Shown here: positions 10,370 through 21,493 of the stretch, one piece after another
Layout: every line of letters starts with the position of its first letter
Numbering within the stretch: the stretch's first letter is position 1
Assembly: GCA_023205875.1 (NCBI GenBank)
Contig: CP060772.1
Location: forward strand, 62,001 to 126,000
From: Chloropicon primus
Lineage: Eukaryota
Length of the DNA: 64,000 bases
Direction: 5' to 3'
Translations under genes and position numbers: made by a program
The notes under the pieces: model-generated
What the model saw: the letters and a program-made list of their open reading frames with translations, nothing else
What the model was told of the DNA's origin: nothing
Database searches by the model: none

Positions 10370-11659
10370 ATGGCGTTCTTGTTCAGGGCTTGCAGGCGGA
10401 GCGATCCGGTGGCAGGTCACGGTCACGATCACGATCACGACGATCACGGTCACGATCACGACGATCACGCGATCAAGCCCCGGTTGCCTCGGTCTGTGGG
10501 GGGGTACTACTACTACGACGAGGACGACGAGGATACTGGTGCTGGCGTATGCGGAAGGCGGCTGTGCCTCGGCGGTCGGAAGAAGGGTGCTGCACCTCGG
10601 GGTAGGGGTAGGTCCGTGGGGAGGATCGCCCACGCCCCGGTGGACGACGCGGCGGCGGAGATGGTGAACATTCAGCCGAAGCGGTCGTACCCCTCGAGGT
10701 CCCCCTCGAGGAAGCTGACGCCGTACCCCGGGAAGACGGGGTCCTCGTCGCTGAAGAACTTGCACAAGTTCGTGACGGCGGCCCCTGGCCCGCTCGGGGC
10801 GATGGACAGGGACTCGTCCGACCCCCCGTCCCGCAACCCGTCCTTCCGCAGGTCGAACGCGAAGAAGTACAGCATCGCGTGCTCCTCCAAGGCCAGCAGC
10901 ATCTGCGCGAACAGCGGCGCCAAGCCGATCAAGGACTGGGAGAGGTCCGGGAGCAACAGCAACAACAGCAGCAGCAGGGGGAACAGCAACTCCAAGTCCA
11001 GGGAGAGCCGGTCGACCAACACCGGGAGCGGGAGCGGGGAGAGCGGGGAGAGCGGGGACACCGGGACCAGCAGCAACACGTACAGCTCCTGCTCCTACGA
11101 CTCCATCGATTGGAGCAAGCCCCCGTCGAGCCTGCTGGAGGCCTCCATGAGGAGGGTCGCCATCAACGAGAAGAGGGAGATGGAGAACAGGGAGAGGGAG
11201 AGGATCAAGAAGCTCAAGCTGTACCCCAAGCCCCTCAAGGTCTTCACGGAGAGCTTCTTCAAGGGCCTGCTCAGCAGCAACCCCCAGTGGGCCTCCGACC
11301 CCCGGGTGGAGGACTGCTTCAACGAGGAGGCGCGGATGATGACTCACGACGGCCAGATGTACTACGGAAGGATGGGCCTGATCAAGAGACTGAACCGAGG
11401 AATGGAGAGGCTGCTGAAGATGCTCGGTGAGCACGGCAAGGGGAAGAAGAACAAGCTGGGGCTGGGGGCGAACGAGCAGCTCGACCTGAAGAAGCTCCAG
11501 GCTCTGGGTCTGGAGTGCCTCGAGCCCGTGCAGGTGGAGGAGGGGACCTGGAGGGTCGTGTTCAACATGAAGAAGGGGGTCCTCAAGTACTCGTTCGAGG
11601 ACGAGTTCATCATGGAGGACGGGAAGATCAAGAAGCTCACGAGGAGGCTGATCAAGTGA
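10370..11659 (+). CDS. Hypothetical protein, Ser-rich N-terminus and possible NTF2/SnoaL-like C-terminal domain
   Basis: Strong GC3 codon bias. 'DCFNEEARMMTHDGQMYYGRMGLIKRL...FEDEFIMEDGKIKKL' resembles a SnoaL-like pattern. Confidence 0.6.
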   Translation: MAFLFRACRRSDPVAGHGHDHDHDDHGHDHDDHAIKPRLPRSVGGYYYYDEDDEDTGAGVCGRRLCLGGRKKGAAPRGRGRSVGRIAHAPVDDAAAEMVNIQPKRSYPSRSPSRKLTPYPGKTGSSSLKNLHKFVTAAPGPLGAMDRDSSDPPSRNPSFRRSNAKKYSIACSSKASSICANSGAKPIKDWERSGSNSNNSSSRGNSNSKSRESRSTNTGSGSGESGESGDTGTSSNTYSSCSYDSIDWSKPPSSLLEASMRRVAINEKREMENRERERIKKLKLYPKPLKVFTESFFKGLLSSNPQWASDPRVEDCFNEEARMMTHDGQMYYGRMGLIKRLNRGMERLLKMLGEHGKGKKNKLGLGANEQLDLKKLQALGLECLEPVQVEEGTWRVVFNMKKGVLKYSFEDEFIMEDGKIKKLTRRLIK

Positions 11660-11818
11660 CGATCAAGGAGGACGACAAGCAGCATACGCACGCACGCACA
11701 CAACAGATGATTAATTAGATAACTTATTCAGTCGCGTCGCGCACGCACGCACGCACGCAGTAAAAGATATGCTTTAGGTTGTATCCACTCAGTCTCCCAC
11801 TCCTTCTTCAGTCACTCA

Positions 11819-13141
11819 CTACTCCTGCTTCTTCACCTTGACGTTCAAAATGAGGTGGACCTTCATTTCGAGCTGCCTCTCCAGCTGGGCCCTCGCCCTG
11901 CACCCGATCTGCCCGATGGCCTGGCCCCTCTTGCCCACCACGATCTTCTTCTTCTTGATGTGGTTCACCAGGAGGTCCTGCTCGATCCGCAAGGACCCGT
12001 CCCTGAGGAACTTGCAGCTCACCGGGTTGATCCTCAAGACGTAAGGGATCTCCCCGTTCAGCCTCCGGTAGACCTGCTCCTTCACGAGCTCCACCGCGAA
12101 GGTCTCGTAGTTGTGGCTGCTCTCGCTCTCCCCCATCGCGGAGCTCCAGTTCCCCTGCTTCCCAGGCTTCAGGGGCGCCGATATCGACTTGAGGTAATCG
12201 AGCAAGTCGTCCGTCCCCGTCCTCTTCAGGGAGCTGACCATGAAGACCTGGTCGAAGGACCCCAAGTCGTTCAGGCTCCTCGCCAGCTCCAAGAGGTCCG
12301 TCTTGTCGCCCCCCCGGACGAGGTCCACCTTGTTCATCGCCAGGAGGCTCTTCGGCATCGCCGCCGGCTCCCCCCCCTCCCTTCCGCCGCTGAAGCTCTC
12401 GACCTCCTTCCTGTACTCGATGATCAGCCTCTCCACCCTGGGATCCGGCTTCCTGATCTGCCTCTCCGCGTCGACGACGAAGACCAAGGCGTCGCAGAGC
12501 GCCGCCGTGGCGTAAGCATCGCTCACCCTCTCCCTCTGCTTCGTGTTCCTGTAGTGCTTGTGGTCCACGACTCCGGGGGTGTCAAATATCATGAGCCTGG
12601 TCTCCACCTTGGCCCCTTCGCCACCAGCCGCTTCGGTGAGAACTCCAAAGGTTTGGGAGGTCGTCGTGTTCACCTTGCTCGACACCGCGGTGACCTTCCT
12701 GCCCAGAAGGACGTTCGTCAGAAGGCTCTTCCCGGCGTTTGGCGCACCGATCAGGCTCACCCTCAGCCCCCTCACAACCATCTCCCCCTCGCCCCGGGGC
12801 CCATCCTCCTCCCCCGCCGCCTCGCTCGACCTCCGCAGCTTCCTCGACAGATACGTCGAATACCACCTTCCTCCGACGACCCAAGTCCCCGTGAACTCTC
12901 GGCACCCTCGGCCAGCACCGTGCCTCACCGCCGGTCCTCCTCCTCCCCCCCGTCGGTGAACTGAACCAGGAAACCGGTACAATCCCGCTTCCTCCTCACA
13001 GACCGCCAAACCACCTGTTCCACTGCTCCAAGCTCTGCTGGACGAGGCCAAGGTAGGCCAGGACCTCACCCTAGCAGAGACCATACTTTTCCACGACAAG
13101 CGCCAAACCATGTGCGACGACGGATGCGACAGAGCCATCAT
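11819..13141 (-). CDS. era: Organellar GTPase Era (G domain + KH)
   Basis: GAPNAGKS, NTT, DTPG, NKVD, 'EIPY' and KH 'IVVGKRGQAIGQIG'. The N-terminal extension is transit-peptide-like. Confidence 0.92.
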   Translation of the reverse strand: MMALSHPSSHMVWRLSWKSMVSARVRSWPTLASSSRAWSSGTGGLAVCEEEAGLYRFPGSVHRRGGGGGPAVRHGAGRGCREFTGTWVVGGRWYSTYLSRKLRRSSEAAGEEDGPRGEGEMVVRGLRVSLIGAPNAGKSLLTNVLLGRKVTAVSSKVNTTTSQTFGVLTEAAGGEGAKVETRLMIFDTPGVVDHKHYRNTKQRERVSDAYATAALCDALVFVVDAERQIRKPDPRVERLIIEYRKEVESFSGGREGGEPAAMPKSLLAMNKVDLVRGGDKTDLLELARSLNDLGSFDQVFMVSSLKRTGTDDLLDYLKSISAPLKPGKQGNWSSAMGESESSHNYETFAVELVKEQVYRRLNGEIPYVLRINPVSCKFLRDGSLRIEQDLLVNHIKKKKIVVGKRGQAIGQIGCRARAQLERQLEMKVHLILNVKVKKQE

Positions 13142-14138
13142 TGGTAATGGCTCCTCAAACGCAAACCCTCAGCCTCTCGAACCCTCCTCCTCCTCACCTC
13201 ACAACGCCTTGGCCATGGACACAACCCATCCATCCATGAACCCTTCGTTGCGGATCCGATCCAAACTCCAAACTCTTCGAACCCGGCGTCGATTCGGTCC
13301 ACCAAGGTATCGATCGAAAGATCGCGAAACGTAGCTTCCCGTCGATGCCTTCTCCTTCCCTCCCCTCCCCTATTTCGCCCTCTCTTTCCTTGGTAAGCGG
13401 CAAGGGGATGCGAAACCTCGTGAGTTCGATCCCTTGTTTTTTCAAACTTTTTTTTTGACACTCCGGTACTCAAACGAAGCAAGCGACCTATCAATCGAAA
13501 GCTCGCGAGACGTAGCTTCCCGTCGATGCCTTCTCCTTCCCTCCCCTCAACTCCTTCGTCCTCCAGTCGCCACAGAAAGAGAAAGAGACACAGAGAGAGA
13601 GAGAGAGAGAGCTCAAGTTTATTATTATTTTTTGGTGGAGGGGCGAACACGAACACGAACACGAACACGAGGTCTCGCGTGCAAGGGAAGCGAGAAAACG
13701 AAGGAGTGGACGACACGGCGACAAACTACGTCTCGCGAGCTTTCGATTGATACCTCGGTCGACCGCCGAATCAAGGAAGCCAAAGCTTGGAAGGATTGGA
13801 TTGGATTGAAGCGGAGGGTGGGTCATCGTCATCTGTCCGAGACACACACACACTCTTGCTCTCTCTCTTGCTCTCTTGTTTGCTTGCTTCCTTGCCGCCG
13901 TTTGAGTGACGGAGTGTCGAAGAGTTTGGCTTTGGGAACTGATCGGATCGGAGAGGAGGAGTCCATTCCATTCCATTCCATTCCATTCCATTCCATTCCA
14001 TTCCATTCCATTCAGCAGCAGCAGGGCAAGCTTTGCATCGGCTCGATTGGAGCTGCTTGGTTTGATACTCCATCTCTGGTCCTCAGCTTGCTTTGCTCTG
14101 ATTGATTGATTGATTGATTGATTGGTTGGTTGGTCGAG

Positions 14139-15443
14139 ATGGCGCAGCAGCAGCAGCAGCATAATGCTGGAGGGATGCCGAGTCCTGAGGAGCTCATGGA
14201 AGTGATGAGGTTGTACAAGCAGAGCGGGGGGGAGATGGATCCCTCCAAGGTGCCACCGGATGTGAGGCCGTTTGTGGAGATGTTTCAAGCGATGGAGGGG
14301 AGTGAGGGGGCCACGCCCCACTCGGAAGGCGGCGTGAAGGAGTCCCTCTTCAACGTGATGGGGAACGGTTCGGGGGCGGACGGGCTTGGCCTTGGCACTG
14401 GCCAGCAGGGTCAGCAAAAGGGGGTGAGGGAGATAAAGCCGGAGCCGGGCTTCGTTGTCAAGTGCCGGGACGACAACAACAGGAAAATCTTCATCAACAT
14501 GTGCGGGTCTCCGAACGTTCCTGCTCCCGGGAATTGGGACAAGGGCAAGATACCTGAGGACGTGAAGAAAAAGCTGGAGCAGGCTCAAACGACTCCGGAC
14601 GAGTCCCTTCGGTTTCCGCTCAGTTTGAGCGACGCTTCGTACGATCTGGACAAGCAGGGCAAGCCCTGCACGACCTTTGATTGCATCTTCAACTCGGACG
14701 TGCTGAAGCAGGCGATGGCGACCAAGTCCCTCAAGGTGTTTCTGATCGAGCTCGCCCTCGGGTGGATCCAGGAGAAGCATCACTTGATTCTGGACGAGAA
14801 ATACAAGCTGCCGCGGATGAAGTACAAGGGCCAGGACGTGCAGACCCAGAACATCAGAGACGACGATTGTAATTCCGGGAAGCCCATCATCGAGGAGATT
14901 GGTGACGATGAGAGTGTCAAGGAGGAGGACAAAACTGCATCGTTTCCCCTCATGACAACGAAAAGGAAGCCGACAGTAAACACGCAAGCGAAGACCATGC
15001 AGCAAAGGAAGATGACCACGTCCCCGTCTTCGATGCAGGCGGCGAGCCAAGAGTCGTCCCAAAGCATCGAGTTGGAGAAACTGGTGCACACCATGGACTT
15101 TGAGGGAAAGCCTTGCGAGTGGGTCGTGGTGAAAATACCCACGAGAGGCGCGGTGAGCAAGCAATTTGACTTGAGCATGTGCAGCGTAGACCTCGTCGAC
15201 GGGGACGTCCTGGAAGTCTCTTTCGACTGCGGCACCTCCGCGCAAAAGCTCGCGACGAGCGTCCAACTCCCTTTCTCTGTTGATGCTTCCAGGGCGACGG
15301 CCGGCGTCGAGAAGGACGGGAGCGTCGTTGTCAGGCTGCCGTACAAGCCCTTCACGGAAGTCGTCGAGGTGATGAAAGCCGATGCACCCCACAAGTTCGG
15401 CACGCTCAACCTCTCCGACAGCAGCTTCCTCGACCTCGAGTGA
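14139..15443 (+). CDS. PIH1-domain protein (PIH1D/Kintoun family co-chaperone)
   Basis: 'IKPEPGFVVK...KIFINMC', 'FPLSLS...DKQGKPCTTFDCIFN' and 'MKYKG', with a C-terminal CS-like region. Confidence 0.85.
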   Translation: MAQQQQQHNAGGMPSPEELMEVMRLYKQSGGEMDPSKVPPDVRPFVEMFQAMEGSEGATPHSEGGVKESLFNVMGNGSGADGLGLGTGQQGQQKGVREIKPEPGFVVKCRDDNNRKIFINMCGSPNVPAPGNWDKGKIPEDVKKKLEQAQTTPDESLRFPLSLSDASYDLDKQGKPCTTFDCIFNSDVLKQAMATKSLKVFLIELALGWIQEKHHLILDEKYKLPRMKYKGQDVQTQNIRDDDCNSGKPIIEEIGDDESVKEEDKTASFPLMTTKRKPTVNTQAKTMQQRKMTTSPSSMQAASQESSQSIELEKLVHTMDFEGKPCEWVVVKIPTRGAVSKQFDLSMCSVDLVDGDVLEVSFDCGTSAQKLATSVQLPFSVDASRATAGVEKDGSVVVRLPYKPFTEVVEVMKADAPHKFGTLNLSDSSFLDLE

Positions 15444-15607
15444 GACATCAACCTGCTCTGCTTTCTAAGAATGAATGTATTATTTATCTACTGCTACGAT
15501 TTCTTGAGAGATTTATCCTGCCCGCTCAGAATGCCTTAGCTTTTGTTTCCTTTGCCGCGCCTCTCCTCTCTCTGACGTGCTCCCGCCCGTCGTGGTGGTG
15601 GACGACT

Positions 15608-15904
15608 TTACGCCGTGGCCTGCTTGAGGTGGGCTATGAGATCAGCGCGATCCTTTGGCTTCTTCAAGCCAGCGAAAACCATCTTGGTTCCAGGAATGTA
15701 CTTCTTTGGGGCCAACAGGTAGTCGAAGAGAGTGTTCTCGTCCCAGATGACGGCCCTCTCCTTGTTGGCCTTGGAGTACGCGTATCCCTCCTGAGTTCCA
15801 GAAGTCCTTCCGAACAAGCCGCCCAAAGTAGGCCCCTGAGAGAAACAAAACCAAAGAGTGAAAGAAACACAATTGTCAGGCTCTGAGCCAGCCACAACAA
15901 CACC

Positions 15905-15951
<47 letters not shown>

Positions 15952-16144
15952 GCGCAGAGTGCGTCCATTCTCTTCCCTTTTCAACGAGTTGGAAGAACCC
16001 CTCCTCCTAGCAGTCGGCTCGGCTCTAGCGCTTGACACTTACCTGCTTGTGTCCACCGCCCTTCTCGGCAACGTGACACTGGGAGCACTTGGTCTTAAAT
16101 ATCTTGGCTCCCTTCTTAGGGTCTCCCTTTGGCATCTCTCCCAT
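15608..16144 (-). CDS. CYC1: Mitochondrial cytochrome c (2 exons: 16144-16043, 15835-15608)
   Basis: '[18 protein letters not shown]...[14 protein letters not shown]...[17 protein letters not shown]'. GTAAG...CAG intron in phase 0. Confidence 0.95.
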
Positions 16145-16602
16145 GATGATTGGATCAACGTTTTAGAAAAACTCAAAACTGCATGCAACCAGGAAAAGTC
16201 AAACGGAACGAGTTTGGAAAAAAAAAGTCAGCCTCCGCTCGAGAATGAAAACCCCGGGGTTGTTATAACGCAAGACAACGCGTCGCCTCCCCCTTCCTCG
16301 TGCTCCGCCTCCCCCCTCCCCCTCTCATGACAACTCGACGTGGTCCTATTGTCGTCCAACTCGTACGAGCTAGGCTACGTGGAAGGAAACGTTTCGCGTC
16401 ATTGCATGGCTTTCCGGCAAGGGATTCCGTCGTGGCCACGTTCGTTGGAAAGAACACGAGGTGGCGGTGTCGTTTCCGTCTTCCTCTTTTGCTTCCCGTT
16501 TCGTCTTCATCGTCGCTTTGTTTGTTTTTGTTTCGTATGTCGTACCTCTCTTGGCCTCCCTGGGGTGAGCTGTTAATGTGAGGCTGGCGGCTGACGGAGA
16601 GA

Positions 16603-17005
16603 GCAGTGCAGAGCAGGGGAGGATTAGCTGGGGATCAATGGGAGAGGGAGAGGCAGTGCAGAGCAGGGGAGGATTAGCTGGGGATCAATGGGAGAGGGAG
16701 AGGCAGTGCAGAGCAGGGGAGGATTAGCTGGGGATCAATGGGAGAGGGAGAGGGAGTGCAGAGCAGGGGAGGATTAGCTGGGGATCAATGGGAGAGGGAG
16801 AGGCAGTGCAGAGCAGGGGAGGATTAGCTGGGGATCAATGGGAGAGGGAGAGGCAGTGCAGAGCAGGGGAGGATTAGCTGGGGATCAATGGGAGAGGGAG
16901 AGGCAGTGCAGAGCAGGGGAGGATTAGCTGGGGATCAATGGGAGAGGGAGAGGGAGTGCAGAGCAGGGGAGGATTAGCTGGGGATCAATGGGAGAGGGAG
17001 AGGGA
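16603..17005. repeat. 50-bp minisatellite, ~8 copies
   Basis: gagcagggga recurs every 50 bp from 16611 to 16961. Confidence 0.95.
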
Positions 17006-17149
17006 GGGCGATGGGGGAAGGATGAAGGAGGTGATGAATGAACGGATGTCGAGGGGATGGATGAACGAATGGGAATGCGATCTCATGGATGTGATCTGAT
17101 GGTTTTAGGTCTTGCATGCACGTCTTGCTTGTTCTTCTTCCGTTCCCAT

Positions 17150-18052
17150 TCAGTAGAATCCAACGGACTTCCACCCCTTCTTCTCCAGCTCTTCCCTCAG
17201 GGCCTTGATCCTCTTTCTGTTGATGTCTCCGTCGCTCTCGCCAATGCGCGAGGCACTCCTGTACTCGACGGTGGTCTTGCCGCCCCCGGGAAACCAGAAC
17301 TCCACGTCGTCGATGAACTGAGAAGAAGAAATCAAAGGGTCAGGCCGTCATCATCCTCGCCGTATATATCAGGATCAGGCTTCTCTGTGACTTACCCCAA
17401 AGGTTGGCGACTCGTACTCGACGTAAATGTAGTCCGCCGTCTCTTGGACAATCGTTGGAGTGAAACCGTCCGGTTGCGTGGTCTCGATGACCTCCTTGAG
17501 CTCCCTCATCGCTTTGCTTTGCGTCACCTCCTCTCTCATCGCTCTGCCGTCTTCCGGCGCGTAGTTCCAGCCAGGAACGTAGTGGTTCATGTCGTTCGCC
17601 GCCTCAGCGGTGGAGATGCAGTTATTGGTCGCAGGGCACAAGCCAAGCGACTTGACGCCGCTTCCGTAATCAGTGACTCCGAGGCCCTTCGGCCTAGGAG
17701 CAGCTCCGAAGGAGAAGAGAGCGCCCAGGAACAATCCAGCGGCCGCGGGAGACCGCAGGACGACATCCCTTTGTTGTTCCGGACACACACACACACACAC
17801 ACACGAAACCACAAGTCAGCAGAGGAATCCATCACACGCACGCAAGCAAGCACACAAAGGAAGAGTCAAACGATGCAAAACGTACCTCCTGGAGACGTCC
17901 ACTGTCCCATCCCCCTCCCTCCTGTGGGTCTCCTGTGGCCTCCTGGTAAGTCTCCGCGTCGTCGTCGTGCTCGAGGCTCCGCTCTCCTTCACCGCTCTGC
18001 AGGGAGCCACCCTCGACGAGCGAGCCGTCACATTCGTCGAAAACATTACCAT
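17150..18052 (-). CDS. DUF1499-family plastid protein (3 exons)
   Basis: 'LCPATNNCIST', 'YIYVEYESPTFG|FIDDVEFWF' and 'YRSASRIGESDGDINRKRI'. Introns 17885-17769 and 17395-17318 splice in frame. N-terminus is transit-peptide-like. Confidence 0.85.
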
Positions 18053-19578
18053 CCTGGTCACAACGAACCAGAGAGAGAGAGAGAGAGAACGAGAGGGAGA
18101 GCAAACACATCATCCAAGTTTCAGTTCGGGCCCCAAAAGCAACCTTCGATCCCCAAACCTTCGCCAAAACCTCGTCACGACATCATTCCTTTCGTGCAAC
18201 CACTCTACGGAAAGCTCACGAGACGATTGTTTCATCCGCGCAGCCGCTGGTTGCTTCCCTCGCCGTCCTCGTTGTCTTGAGATCCAGCAAACTCACCTGG
18301 TGGTCTGACTAAAACACACAGAAGAAAAAAAAGCAAGAGAGGCATTCAGTCGAAACTCCTTCGTTCTGGCGTCATTCTTCTCAAGGATGGAGTTGGCAGA
18401 AAGAGGAGGAGACAATCTTTCGGTCTGTCGTGCCATCGATCACCTCCTTTACCTTTGACGACGTCCCCGTCGTCGTCAACACTTTACCTTTTTGACCCTT
18501 ATCCAAAATAGAAGAAATCTCAGCCACAGATCAGAGCGCAGCAGATCCTACTGGTTCCGTTCTCTGGAGCAGCAGAGAAAGGAAAGGCGAGTCCTCCACG
18601 CCGCTACGGACAAGGAGGGAAGAAGCAGGCGCCACCATTATTGGAACCTTCACGCCGTGATCTTTCGTTTGAGTGCTCCCTTGCCAGGATTGACGCTGTG
18701 GTTGAGGAAGTTTGACCCCTGGAACGTGACTTGATTCTCCTTGGTTTTCCAAAGTGCCAAAGGTGGAAGCTTGCTTGCTCCCTTCCTCTTCCTTTCGTGT
18801 GAACCTCGATCACTCAATCAATCGATAGCAAAGGGTGACCAGATCCAGTGGGGAAGCTTCCATCTTGCCAACGGAGTAAACCTTTGATCTGATCTCTGAT
18901 CTCTGTGTTCCTCCAGGGAGGAAAGGAGCCTTCCACCTCTGTGCTTGTCCTACGCGGGAAGCTGACGCAAAGCCATTCTCTTCTTGCCTGTCTTTGATAA
19001 GAGCGATCGGGTCTGCCACACCACCTGGGCTTCCGTCCCTTGCAGCAACGCGTAGGACTGACATGACGCTGCTTGTCATCCGTGCCCGGCGCCTCAGCCA
19101 AGGGAAGGCCACATGCCTCCAACCGGCACAGAGTAACTTAACTGGTGGACGTGGACACAGGGCCAGGCCACAATTCCATTCATTCATATTCATGCGTTGA
19201 CCCACTTCCATGGTTGGAAAGCCCGCGAGGCGTAGCACCTCTTGATCGTGATCGTGATCGTCGTCGTGATCGTGATCGCACTCCCTTGCACCTTTACCCC
19301 TTCCCTCGCTTCTCTGCTTCTCTTCACCTGCGATCGATCGATCACAGAGGAGCAGCAGAAGCGCGCCTCGCCATGGCGGCGGCGGCCTTTGCGTGAGGAG
19401 CAGCGACGATCGATCGATCGATCGACAGCGAGAGAGAGAGAGGAGTGAGAGAGAGGGGAGGTGCGCCGCCTCGTGATCGCGCTCGGTCGAGAACGGGAAG
19501 CGATCGCGGAGTGAGCGTCTCTTCTCTCTTTGTGTAACGGTAACGTGCGGACCGAGGAGGTGGAGAGGTGGAAGAGGT

Positions 19579-20676
19579 ATGCGATCGCTCGGGAGTGATC
19601 GCGATCGCGGAGGAGAGGAGGGTGACGACGTGACGACGGCTTTACGCTTCGATCGGGAAGAGATGGAGCCCTTTGGCATCCCTCTGAGCTCTGAGCTTGA
19701 GAAGTGCGACGCGAGGGAGGGCACGCCGTCGCCGCCGCCTACGGGAGTGGAGGCCACCGAGGAAGGAAGCGATGGGTTCTCGAGCCCGTACCTTCAAGGC
19801 GGCCTGGTCCTGGGGGAAACCATGGTGGAAGCCTCGAAGCAGATGTTCTGGGCCAATATCCAGGCCCAGATCAGCAACTTGCAGGACTATGCCAACTGGT
19901 GGGACGAGGCGAGCGAGTGGATCGTTCGCAACAATGATCCTGGCTTTGGAGAGGGCTTCTCCCTGTTCCAGGACGAGGACAACACCTTCTCGAGGGCATA
20001 CAAGAGCCTCAAGCCGTCGGACCAGCCGAGTTCCGATCAAAAGGGGAATCTGTCTCTCGCCGCGGCTCCTTCGGCTCCGGTGGTGAGGGCGGAGACAATG
20101 GCGGGAACCTTCCCTGACGGGGCAGGAGGGCAGCTCAAGGGCAATTGCAGTGTCCAGCCCAAGAAGGGGGTCGCTCGGGCCAAGGGCGAGGCCGGTGACG
20201 AGGCGAACCCCCCTCCTCGGCGATCGAAGAATTCCTCGAGCGCTTTGGGATCGGCGAAGGCGAAGAAGGCGTCCACCAATGCCAGGAAGACTGCTGCGAG
20301 GACTTTGGGTGCAAAGAAACCGAGTGCCACCACAAGGAAGAAGGCCTTGGGGATCTTGCAGTCGAATCAGGAAGTCCAGCCCGTGCCAAGCGCCAGCATC
20401 GGATGCTCGAAGGGGTTCTTCAAGCACGCAGGGGCGCCCGCGGGCGCCAACAGTCTGTGGGAGTCGGATCGCGAGCAGCAGAAGGTGATCCAGAGAAAGC
20501 ATCAGAACCGAATGGCTTCTGCCAAGTTCAGGAAGAGAAACCGCGAGAGCCGCGTCAAGGTCGCGGAATTGGAGAAAGAGAATGCCAGGCTCAAAGAAGA
20601 GAACGAGAAACTTCGCAGCTCCTTCGGAAGTTACAAACCTCCAGCGACCTTTTCCAAGGCCAACAACGACAAGTAA
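19579..20676 (+). CDS. bZIP transcription factor
   Basis: 'RKHQNRMASAKFRKRNRESRVKVAELEKENARLKEENEKL' gives a basic region plus zipper. The start may be ATG 19663. Confidence 0.8.
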   Translation: MRSLGSDRDRGGEEGDDVTTALRFDREEMEPFGIPLSSELEKCDAREGTPSPPPTGVEATEEGSDGFSSPYLQGGLVLGETMVEASKQMFWANIQAQISNLQDYANWWDEASEWIVRNNDPGFGEGFSLFQDEDNTFSRAYKSLKPSDQPSSDQKGNLSLAAAPSAPVVRAETMAGTFPDGAGGQLKGNCSVQPKKGVARAKGEAGDEANPPPRRSKNSSSALGSAKAKKASTNARKTAARTLGAKKPSATTRKKALGILQSNQEVQPVPSASIGCSKGFFKHAGAPAGANSLWESDREQQKVIQRKHQNRMASAKFRKRNRESRVKVAELEKENARLKEENEKLRSSFGSYKPPATFSKANNDK

Positions 20677-20803
20677 CCCAATATTCCTAGCAAGCCGCCT
20701 TTCGAGGCTTCATTTATTTAATACAATAAGGTTATTATTCGATAATCGATCGCCCGGTGGAGGCCACAGTCCGTCCGTCCGTCCGTCAAGTCGTCTGCCC
20801 CTC

Positions 20804-21493
20804 TCACAACACGTTCGCTTGCAGGCCGGACTGCTGCACGACCTGCTTTATAACGTACTTGCTCATCTTTCCCAGAGCATCCGTGAATGGCACGAAGAAC
20901 AATGCAGTGTTGATGAGGAAGCTGAATGGCAGCACAATCGGCAAGACTCCAGTGGATCTCGCAAACGCAACCATGCTGCACTTGTTCTGTCCCTCGGGGT
21001 GAACCTCGAACGTTGCCTTATCGCACCAGTACGGCGTCAGTATGAACATGGACACATACTTCCCTGGTTTGTGGCTCAACAGCCTTGAAAAAATTCATCC
21101 AAACCCACAGAGAGACCGAAGAGCATCATGTCAGAGTCATCCAAGTCATTGGGCCGCCAGGGTGAGACCCCTTGGGCCACCTCAAGCACCCAGAAACCAA
21201 AAAAAGAAAGAAAAAAGAAGTGGCCCAACCAAACCACGGCCATGCTGGTGTTGGCCACCAAGGCATGTCGGTTACGTGACTTACTTGAACCGCATCGGAT
21301 TGCCACTCGTCGGATTCTCACAGGAGTTGTCCAACACCGCAACAGTTTCCGTAATTCTCCTCGTCACTTCCTCTGCACCGGCTTGGACTTGATATCTCAT
21401 TCTCTTCGAGTTGCTTCCACGCCACAGCCTCGACGGCTCGATGGCGGCTTGTATCGTGGCTTGCGCCGTCACGTAGCTGTCGTACAGACCCAT
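20804..21493 (-). CDS. Small hypothetical protein with hydrophobic segment (2 exons)
   Basis: ATG 21493 and a GTAAG...AAG intron (21284-21084) join in frame to ORF 20804-21079. Confidence 0.6.

Noticed and set aside
13963..14013. (TTCCA)n and other microsatellites (TA, GA, GT, TTCG)
   Set aside because: Ordinary simple repeats, abundant throughout the window.
16603..17005. Regular repeat resembling a CRISPR array
   Set aside because: Units are contiguous with no unique spacers, there are no cas genes, and the context is eukaryotic.
18531..19215. Minus-strand ORFs between DUF1499 and bZIP
   Set aside because: No recognisable motifs or clear exon structure, so a gene cannot be supported.
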